NCBI GenBank assembly: GCA_002269645.1
Contig: NIVC01002519.1
Coordinates: 101,358-165,357 of the forward strand
Source: Macrostomum lignano
Lineage: Eukaryota
Length of the DNA: 64,000 bases
Reading direction: 5' to 3'
Shown here one piece after another: positions 54,801-64,000 of the stretch (its first letter is position 1; every line of letters starts with the position of its first letter). The notes beneath the pieces were generated by a model, which was given only the letters and a program-made list of their open reading frames with translations, had not been told where the DNA came from and ran no database searches. The position numbers were made by a program, and so were the translations under genes.

Positions 54801-57619
54801 TAGAATATCAACTGAGTTGAACATTGAATTCTTTAATTAAAATATTATATTAAATTAAATTATTCAACAACTTTTTGCTAACAAATTAAAAGCAGTAAGA
54901 AAACTTTTGAAAGTCAATGACAAAAACAAGATTAATTGTTGATAATGAAAGCAAACAAAATATACAAATTTTGTTTTGAATTTCTAAGAAAATTAGAAAC
55001 TTATTAAAGATTTAGTATAGGTAGATTTATGTAATATTTAACTTATTACTCAAATAGGGTCTCATTTTAAGTATTAAACAGTCATTAACCATCTAGTTTT
55101 ATAGCAAAAAATGAATTTAGTGCAATTAGCGATTTTTAGAAAATATTAGTGGCGCTTTGATAGGGTGTGCTATAGTGTTCTGCCGTAATTACGGCTACGG
55201 CTACGGCAAATTACGGCTACGACACTTTTGAAGCCGTATTTTCATTACGGATTACGGTTACGGACATATTTTGAGCTTACGGTTACGGTTACAGATTACG
55301 GAGATTTTTCTAGACTTGCCGTAATTGGTAGCCGTAACAAAAATTATTTATTTTTAACTGTTTAGTGTTATAAAAGAATTTTTTTATATCAACTTCAACC
55401 AGTTTTCGTTTTACTAGTTATTATTATTTTTTACATTTGTTAAGTTTCTAAATATCTACGAAACTTCTGGAAAATGAAAAACGAATTTTTTCACGAATTT
55501 TCTCATTAGGCATACGGCATAGCATAGCATAGCGATAGCATGATAGCAGCGAGACAGAGAAAGCCAGTCAAAGCCTACAAGAGACTAAGAATCTGGCATT
55601 CTTATTTCTTAGCCATATGTAACATTTAGCTCCTTAGCATAAAAATAGGATATTAGATTTAGATTATGAGGATAAGGATGAAAGAATATTAATAAGGAAA
55701 TACTAAATAAATACTAATAGGATAAGAATATGAATTATGATTGAAAATTGATTGAAACCAAAGAAGACAATACAATAGACAATGCAATAAAATGAAAATG
55801 AAAAATGTAACATGCAATTTCTTAGTCATCGGAAATTTTGAAGCAGTTTTATTTGAACAAATTCATATATTTATTTAATGATATTAAACATACACATTGA
55901 CCTTGGCACGTAAGTCATATATTCATATTGTAGCGAAACAAAACAGAATCACGACACAGAAAACTGAAAAAGGCACCAAGCACACAATTGCATACAGCAA
56001 TGCTATAGAATACTTCGATAAAGATATTATATTTACGAAAAAATAAATGAATATTAATGCATGAACGAACAACAAGTAGGTTTTATTGCTATCCTTTTAT
56101 CCTTTTTATCTGTCCTTTTCTGTCTGCCCTACTTTTCATGCAAAAATATCAATTTTTGTTATACATTATGGCTACGGTTACGGCAAATTACGGTTACGGA
56201 CTTTTTTAGCCCGTAATGACGGCAAAATTTGGCTACGGAAGTTGCTTCTTTCTTACGGCTATGGTTACGGTTACGGAGGTCAAAACTCGCGGCGGCGGAA
56301 TACTAGTGTGCTAATTGGAATTCGAATTTAACAGAATTAGCGGCACTAACAAAACATTAGCCGGCAGTTTAGCGGAATTCAAATTTAGTGGTGCTAGTGC
56401 CCATCACTGCCTAAAAATGTTTTTAACAAAAAAGACCCTTGATTAACTTGACAGCTAATACGACATTGCCTTTTAATTTAATATAGATATAGCCTTCTAA
56501 TAAAGTTGGTTGTTCTTTAAGCTAAAACTTTTCTCTTAGCATTTAAAATGGCTTTAGACTAGGTATATCAATTATAGCATAGATCAACTTGATAAACATC
56601 GAATCTGACTTTATTATTATAATTAGTATGCCTATGGCTATATGTTGAAAATTTTTAAATTTTAAACAAAGTTCATTATATAGGATATGTTAGATAAATT
56701 GCAACATCTTTAAAGCTAGCTATAGGCCTAGTCTTATAGCTTTACTAAATCCCATTTGTGATCAGGGTTTTTTGTGCACAGAGTGTGCGTATGCACCCTA
56801 AATTTTAAAATCGCACCCTGAATTTAAAAAAGTAGATGGTTTAGTGTGGTCTTATAACCATTTTTCTTTAAAGGCTTAACCATGCTTAAGCTATTTTTCA
56901 TGCACTGCCTTAAATTATGAAACAAAATAACTCTTTAAATCCTATTAAGTCATATAGGCAATATAGCCTATGGCTATATAGCCTTATATAAGATATTAAA
57001 ATATACATTCCCAGTTGTTTGAAATAAGACTCAAGAGAAATTGCACTTTGAGCCTTAAAATCGCACCTTGAAATTTGTCTCTGGCAAAAAAAACCAGTTT
57101 GTGATAGAGAAGACAAAGCATTGACAGCTAATTTTGTAATAAATAATAAAAGTTACTTATTACATGTTGCAATTTATCTGATGCACCCTATACTTAAATA
57201 GGCCTAGTAAAATAAGAACATAATTTGTCACAATTTCCTATAACTTTTATAATTGCAAAATCGCATATTCACATTTGATATATTATTGCTTTATTTTAAT
57301 TAAATTGCAAACATTTCAATTTGTGTGCTAGAGTTCTAACATCCTATATTCATATTTGTAACTAAGTGAGTCTAGTAGAGTTGAGACAAGAGCCTAGTAT
57401 TTTGTTTAACAACAAAAATCTTTTAATATTAATAAACCTGTGAAATTACTATCTATAACTATATTGATAATAAACAAGACAGTAGGCCTAGGCCTATGTC
57501 TAGTGTCAAATTCAGAGCTAGGCCTACAAATCCGAAACAAAATCAAAGTACTTACAACAGAAGATGAAAAGCAATAACACATTAAAAAGGCGTATGATTC
57601 TAAACGCAATTGAACTCAT
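48830..57619 (-). CDS. Orphan predicted GPI-anchored cell-surface protein, 480 aa, Ig-like/beta-sandwich ectodomain
   Basis: Exons (minus): 57619-57556 (MSSIAFRIIRLFNVLLLFIFC, signal peptide), 53907-53569, 52215-51947, 50891-50237, 48945-48830 (EDDVLTSGANSVSSADNRAAISAAVLVASALSFLLPAC*). All GT-AG, phases 1/1/0/1 match, total 1443 nt. Several N-x-S/T sequons (NIT, NDT, NAS, NVS, NLS, NSS). Confidence 0.8.
49000..50190. repeat. 35-bp (caatggacaccccatgatacaggccgatagacaca) plus 23/25-bp (caatgggcacaccagaatacaca) minisatellites filling intron 4 of the GPI gene
   Basis: Tandem units. Confidence 0.95.
50930..51895. repeat. 29-bp minisatellite (tctataaggtcatcgatgggtcataggaa) filling intron 3 of the GPI gene
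   Basis: About 33 units. Confidence 0.95.
53198..53509 (-). mobile_element. tRNA-derived SINE, family B (CORE-like central box, (ATT)n tail)
   Basis: Minus strand: gtagcctagtggttagagc (A box) .. ggttcgattccc (B box) .. gtgtccttgagcaagacacttaac (CORE-SINE-like box) .. tail attattattattatt. Confidence 0.8.
54298..56409. mobile_element. Non-autonomous hAT element (outer) carrying a nested hAT
   Basis: TIRs cagtgataggcac / gtgcccatcactg; 8-bp TSD cctaaaaa at 54290-54297 and 56410-56417. Confidence 0.9.
55173..56305. mobile_element. Non-autonomous hAT element (inner) with acggttacgg/acggctacgg subterminal repeats
   Basis: TIRs tagtgttctgccg / cggcggaatacta; 8-bp TSD gtgtgcta at 55165-55172 and 56306-56313. 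Confidence 0.9.
56763..57097. mobile_element. hAT-type MITE
   Basis: Imperfect TIRs cagggttttttgtgc / gcaaaaaaaaccag; 8-bp TSD tttgtgat at 56755-56762 and 57098-57105. Confidence 0.8.
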
Positions 57620-58146
57620 TTTGGAACTGAGCGGAGCCGGTCTTCCTTGCTAAACTTAAAAATGAGACGATTGGTAACAAATAAATTACCTAATAATATG
57701 GTTTGTTATGATTAAAACTTAATAAAAATGAAACGAAACTTTGCTGCCTAAAAATTGAATCGTTCAATTAATACTTTAGAAGCATGGGGCTAAGATAAAG
57801 AATGTTCGAGAACTTCTTTCTCAGAGTGCTGATACTGCTATGTATTATGACCGGATTTTTAGTTCTCGGTTCAGTTCCGAAATTTTAATTAATTCACTCC
57901 GGATTGCCTCTAAATAGTTAGTGTATAAACAAAGTAAAAACATTTCTGCTCCAATTGCACTTAAACAGCAAATAAAAAAGCATTGCCATTGCAATAAATA
58001 TTTAAATTATATTATTTTTTGATGATAGTTTTACATTTTATTGTAATTTTTTCGTCAGTCATTTTAGCGCGCATATGAAACTTATGCATACGAAATTCAA
58101 TAAGCACATTGCTTTCGAATTGCTTGGAGAATGCCTAAGGCAAAGG

Positions 58147-58339
58147 CAGTGGCGCAACCAGGTGGGGGGCGGGGGCGGTCGCCCCCCTCTTATAGGCGCG
58201 GAGACCCAAAAAATCAAAGAATCAGAGGGGGGACCAAGCGAATTTTCGCCAAAACAGATCGAGCCACCCCTCCGACCCCTCTCCCGGGACTTTACCCTCC
58301 AGAATCCGCCCCCTCATAAAATTTCTGGTTGCACTACTG
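58147..58339. mobile_element. Old hAT-like MITE
   Basis: TIRs cagtggcgcaaccag / ctggttgcactactg; no TSD recognisable. Confidence 0.6.
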
Positions 58340-58799
58340 AACGAAAGTTTCCTTACACACCCTCTCTTCAATATAAATTTATAATTATATTATATTTCAA
58401 TATAAAATTATAATATTTTACATATTATAATTTTAATTTTAATTTTAATTACATGTATATATAATAATATAATTAAAAAAGATATTTAATTTATCTGCAC
58501 TTTCTTTGAAAATTTAATCTCATAAGAATAAAATATAAGCATAAAAGTCATGCTCAAATGTCTTTTGCTGAGCAAAACTGTCACTCTATAATGATGGTAT
58601 GAAATATTTACGCGTAGATGAACTTTGTTTTAGTTTTTAGTTACTCTTAAGACTAGAAAAAAAATTACCTGGGACTAAATGAAGTATAATTTGTTTTAAC
58701 TAATTGTTTTACTTAAATGAATAAAAAATATTACACTGTAAAAGTTAGCTCATAACAGCAACAACAACAACAAATTCTGCAGCTAGCAATCAAAGTCAC

Positions 58800-59250
58800 A
58801 GAGCAGGGTGCTTCAGATGGCGCGCCGCAGAGCCTGAGAGCGGACGAAGTCCGCCCCGTTGGCAGTGTCGGGGCGCCCTGGCGTCGCGTACGTAGGAGGC
58901 AGTCCACGTATCAACGGGTTTGGGCCTGACCCCGCCTGAGCGGGCCCTGCAGAGTGAGCAACAGGACGTCCTGAACAGGTTGGCGTGTTGACAACCAGTC
59001 CGACGCTCAATGCCACCTTGACCAACCTGTCGATCTGGCGGGATGCCACCTTGAACGGACGAGGACAGGAGAGCGAGTTCGTCGGCGTAGCCAAGCAAAT
59101 AATAATAAGGCGCTTTTCACCGTGGCGGCGACCGATGCGTCTGCGCAGCGCAGGAAGCCGTCGTTAGTCGAGGATACTGCGGTCCGAAGCACCCAGTGGC
59201 AGCAGCACGAAGAGAAACGGCGCCAAAGTGTCGCCATGCAGAACTCCTGA
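58800..59250 (-). mobile_element. Degenerate LINE reverse transcriptase fragment
   Basis: Frameshifted DTLAPFLFVLL..WVLRTAV, then LGYADELALLSSS (YADD-like) and RQIDRLVKVALSVGLVVN. Confidence 0.75.
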
Positions 59251-59846
59251 TGAAGTGTCGAACTGATGATGATTTACATGTATGTAATCGCCCTACTAGT
59301 GAACCGTCTTCTCATGGGGAAGGATCAGATCGTATGACTATGGATGGCTGCCAGCCGTCTATGACCAGACTATGACCGACAGATCGCCCTTCAGATTGTC
59401 CCGCCCATGCATATTGATAACAATTTTTGGTAGTGCTATATTAGAGACGCGGTAAGGACCCAAATGTGCCCCATCGATAGCTAAGGTGCAAATATTGATC
59501 ATCGGGTTATTGCATGACCCACTGGCTGCCACCACTCTGTGACCTGGCGAACCTGGATCTACGGTATGACCAGACCTGGCGAGGCCGGAGCCCCGCCTGG
59601 GATGGGTATCAAGGGTTGGAGCTAGCGGCGAGCAGCATGCAGCCGAATAGCTATAATAGGAATCTGCTTGGGCACAAATCGGGAACTCCGGGATCATACA
59701 GACGGATTTTTATCAGGGGATCCTTTTAAGGCTGTGATGACATACGGTTCAGATTGCAAAAAGTACATGTAGTGTATAGAGAAAACGTAGAACAGCTATA
59801 CATGTACATCTAGTTTGGATTGATCAATGGGTTCGGGCCTGGCTCC

Positions 59847-60119
59847 TCATATGAAAGGTTTTCCTCTCCACATGGAGCACCAGACCGCTGATGTGATGAA
59901 CCACTGCTGGCCGCAGCGTGCGTCTGCGTCGTGGCATGTCAGGTCCGCTGATACGTCAGCAGACACAGAGTCAGCATCTCGGTCTTCAATATGCTGACAA
60001 CGCTTGAACCCACCTCTTTCTGTGCTTTCAACAGACGAGAAAAAGAGGCTGAGGTCGCCAGCGTTGCCAAACAAGCTTAGGTGTTTTTTGCCGCTGTGGC
60101 GAACGATGCGTCTCCACAA
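59847..60119 (-). other. Coding-like remnant (CUB-end-like motif followed by a Cys/Trp segment)
   Basis: LSLFFSSVESTERGGFK resembles the end of a CUB domain; followed by TCHDADARCGQQW..C. No gene could be built. Confidence 0.3.
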
Positions 60120-60350
60120 CAGATAAAAAAAGCAGGAAGAAATCTCTCCATTTCAGCATTCGAGGTGTGCCACGAAGCTCACAGATGTTCAATTGAAAAG
60201 ATATTTTTGGTGTAAAGTCTACTCAGATGTTATATTGCAAAAATGCTTTTAGTTTAATTTTAAAAAGATTTTCCTCGCTGTAGTATGCATTTGATTTTTT
60301 GTTTATTTATTTTCGTGGAACTGAACGTGGAACTGAAAATCCGGTCATCT

Positions 60351-62198
60351 ATGTATTGGTTTCCCTACAGACATTCAGACAGACATTCAGAAATCGTTCA
60401 GTAAATGTTTAACAAAATTGTCTATTTATTACGCAAGATACTGTGTATATATAGAAACTTTTACGCATGTCTCTGCTTTAAAAAGACACCTCAGACACAC
60501 ACAAAGACGCTTCACAAGCTGAGATATTCCCTAGCAACTGTTGTTACGACGTTTCCCAATATACCGAATACTGTATATAGTAGTTTTTTGAGAAGCCGCT
60601 ACATCGTCCCACTTTGGTCTTTCTGCATGAAATTTGCACAGCTGTTTTACGCATGTCTCTGCTTTAAAAAGACACCTCAGACACACACAAAGACGCTTCA
60701 CAAGCTGAGATATTCCCTAGCAAATTCCCTAGCACCTCGTCCGATGACGTGCCACTCCCAGCGTTCTTGCGATTGGGGTTCTTCCTTCATTACAAAAGTA
60801 AGTTCTCTCTTGCACCCCTGCATCTTGCACGCAGCCCTTACTGTCCAGAAATTCGTAGATTTTTTTACTGTCCTCTGATAGTGCAGTGATACGGCTAATG
60901 CTTTTTGTATATTGTATCAGTTTGCATCTCTGCAGCTCACTTCTGCCGGCTGATTTCTTCTGTGATACATTGTGATGAGAGGTTCTCAGTAAGCAATTAT
61001 GGCAATTAATTTATGGCAATTATGGCATATTGCACGAGGTGTCTCGTACTTGAAAATCTTGAAAGTCTAGTGCTTGTAGCCATTTATTGAAAAAAATTTA
61101 ATGGAAAAAATTACATGTATGCATGTAATTACGTGCACAACATGCATCAAAAATGAGCAGAGCAATAAGCATGAATAAAGCACAAATTTATGTGGTTGCA
61201 CAAAAATGGCGCACTGGTAGTCAGACACGAAGCCTGCGGAAAATCAGCCTTCAAAAATTTTTCCGTAGTTCGTGAGTGCCGAGTCCTTCTTCTCGCACTA
61301 CAGTGGTCCTTGCCTATATAGCCATTCGTAGACGTCAGTCTCTCACAAAGCCAAAAAATATGCTTATATGCTTACTTCTTCCTTGGTAGGGAAACTCATT
61401 GAGATGATGACCAGGAACAAAGCCAAAATGCATATTGACAACCTCATGCCGAAAAAAAACTGTCAGATGAATTAAGTACCAAAATATGCTAGTGCTTATT
61501 GTACTCTTGCCAATATAAGATAGAGATATTGTAGTCAGCAGAGACAATTCATCCATATTGTCAAAATGAGCTTGTTAGTGAGAAAGATTATATACCAAAA
61601 CAGGGTGCAGGCATATTCTGTGTTAGGCCTCTTGCGTAATGTACATGGCAAAATGACAACGAATGTACATAAAGAAAAACTGCCTCCTGTACAGTGTTAA
61701 TATTGCTGATAGATCTGCCTAAAGTAAAGTGCTTCAGATCGGTAGAAGGCAAATACAAGTATAACGTACATTCCATGCCGGTGTCCAAATGCAAGTTAGA
61801 TATGAGCATGCCTTCAGGCAACCGTTGCTAGGGAATATCTCAGCTTGTGAAGCGTCTTTGTGTGTGTCTGAGGTGTCTTTTTAAAGCAGAGACATGCGTA
61901 AAACAGCTGTGCAAATTTCATGCAGAAAAACCAAAGTGGGACGATGTAGTGGCTTCTCAAAAAAACTACTATATACAGTATTCGGTATATTGGGAAACGT
62001 CGTAACAACAGTTGCTAGGGAATATCTCAGCTTGTGAAGCGTCTTTGTGTGTGTCTGAGGTGTCTTTTTAAAGCAGAGACATGCGTAAAAGTTTCTATAT
62101 ATACACAGTATCTTGCGTAATAAATAGACAATTTTGTTAAACATTTACTGAACGATTTCTGAATGTCTGTCTGAATGTCTGTCGGGAAACCAATACAT
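60351..62198. mobile_element. 1.85-kb foldback/MULE-like element with about 373-bp TIRs
   Basis: 60351-60723 is the near-perfect reverse complement of 61825-62198. Each TIR holds a 79-bp internal duplication. The 1.1-kb core has decayed coding-like sequence. Confidence 0.85.
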
Positions 62199-63734
62199 GA
62201 TACTGCTCGCTTTAATTGAGTTTAATATTTAATTTCTTTAATTTAAATTGCTGCCCGTAGTTTTTGTTTGCAAATAAGTAAAACTGTATTCAATTCAACA
62301 GAACTTAATTTAATTTGTGCGATACCGCTTCTTTAATTTAAGGAGTTTCCATAACGTGCTTGTGGTAGCAGTTGTTTTAATGAACACTTTCTTGAGCTTC
62401 GAATTTATCGATTTGTTCAGCTATAAACACAATTTAAACGTCCAATTATTTTTGTAGGTGTGCTGCTGTAAATTAGCAGCCTTCGTTGCCAACTCTTCCT
62501 TTGACCCTTAAATGATACTGTACTATTGTCTCTGGTTCTGATGATTATCCATACGCGATGATGCATCACATGTATACGTGTGTAGTACATATGCAGTGCT
62601 TAATTAAACAAATGGCGCGCAGTCTTTGCAACGAACTACTTGTAAACAGTGACTGCCTTTCGAACTTAAAATATAGCCCACTACATGTACACTCGAGCCT
62701 CCTAGACCAATTATGAGTTTATGCATCTGGAGTGGAACCGGCGTTTTTCGATCACAATTACGAGCTACCTCGAGGCCATGCACGCACACACAGAATAATT
62801 ATGGTTTGCTTCGTAATATTATGGATCACTAGTCATGATTTTCTTATTCGTCGATGTATACACGTAACTGGTAATGTAAAAGCACATTACATGTATATTG
62901 TCGCTGACGTTGGATTGCTTTAGTACATGTAAGCCACTTACATGTACCTGAGATGGACAAAATGCGCTAAAATTATCAGAGGGGAGGATCATATACACTT
63001 TAGAAATTCAGTAGCTCTCATATAAATACGATCGAGGTAAAAAATTTTCTCTTTCCACTTCAGATGCTAATTGTATTGAACTCCTTATTCGCTTAGACAA
63101 GTTTGGAGAGGCCAAGGAACGTGTACTCGTACATGTACATGTATTTTTTTATATTGCCAGTGCGCCGTTTAGTATGCTCTAGATAATCCCGAACGCATAT
63201 ACGCTCGTATATATAGCGCTGCTGAATCGCCGGGGTTTCACCATAGACATTCACACGCCAATCCAATTCTTCTAGCGAACGTTTATAACGACTAATTTTG
63301 CCTGCCGAACGTTTGCCAGCGGTACGTTTGCCTGCCGACGTTTGCCAGCCGACGACGACACAAAATTATTGGCTATTGCATATGTATGATTCATAACTCA
63401 AAGAGCATCGCGCTAACGCATGCAGTGGAAGTGCGGAGCAGGACTGTGTGGTCAACTAATGGAGATGAAAGACAGAATTCATAATTTTAATGATGAGCAG
63501 GATTAGAGCAGCTATACCCTCGTGGTTAGGGAAGGGTTTGTACTGTATGGGGCGTTGCAAGCTGAATGTCTTTACTGTTAGCCATGCGTAGCAATGGGCC
63601 ATCCTCAAGCGATATTTTAATGTAACACTGGCCAGTTAGGGGAATATTACCCCTTTGCCTTGCCCCCGAACGACTACAAAGTACTATAAGAAGGCTATCA
63701 CTCTACAAACTATACAGAATCTAAGAACTTCAAG

Positions 63735-64000
63735 ATGCTGAACTCCGGAGTTCAAGTCAAGCTGGCAATCATCCTTGCTGGCTCTGCAAGCTCCAGCTGC
63801 GATGCAGGACGCCTACAAGCTGATCACCGGCTACTAGCTGTGAATCAGGAGCGACTTCATTGAGACTCCAGGTGGCTCAGCGACAAAGTATTTCTGTGCC
63901 GCTCTGTGCAGCCGCAACCGGCGCTGTCAGGCTTCAGCCTGGCTGACGGTCCGTGTCAGCTGTTTCGTGTTCGACAAGTGCAGCAAGTCAGTGAGGGACT
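63735..64000 (+). pseudogene. 5' part of a second PAN/C-type lectin paralog (runs off the window), frameshifted
   Basis: MLNSGVQVKLAIILAG signal-like start and FCAALCSRNRRCQA PAN motif. The last 75 nt are nearly identical to 982-1064 but carry indels. Confidence 0.7.

Noticed and set aside
59340-59420. GHSLVIDGW as a peptidase C10-like motif implying horizontal transfer
   Set aside because: Single short motif in a frame with several stops; the following NWGW motif is absent.

Overview
Repeat-rich eukaryotic (animal) genomic window with spliceosomal GT-AG introns, many micro- and minisatellites and many transposon relics. The overall style resembles a Macrostomum-like flatworm, but that is inference only. 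Reconstructed by hand: (1) a complete 17-exon minus-strand SLC4A11-type bicarbonate-transporter-family gene (6794-21704, 859 aa, all splice phases consistent), with a possible alternative upstream first exon at 27.6-27.9 kb; (2) a 5-exon minus-strand orphan gene (48830-57619) encoding a 480-aa protein with a signal peptide, Ig-like/beta-rich ectodomain and GPI-anchor-type tail, invisible as a unit in the ORF track; (3) a partly resolved large minus-strand gene between them (about 27.6-47 kb) with a polyQ exon, a GC donor and several apparent frameshifts; (4) two damaged PAN/apple + C-type lectin paralogs at the two ends of the window. Mobile DNA includes a decayed APE-RT-RNase H LINE, a LINE RT fragment, two tRNA-derived SINE families, several hAT-type elements with 8-bp TSDs (one nested in another) and two long-TIR foldback-like elements. 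Most long ORFs in the track are artefacts of tandem repeats. No prokaryotic-type system (CRISPR, operon, rRNA, bona fide tRNA) is supported. I found no clearly novel multi-gene system; the best novelty candidates are the orphan GPI protein, the unresolved gene, an intron-nested secreted ORF and the architecture of the repeats.
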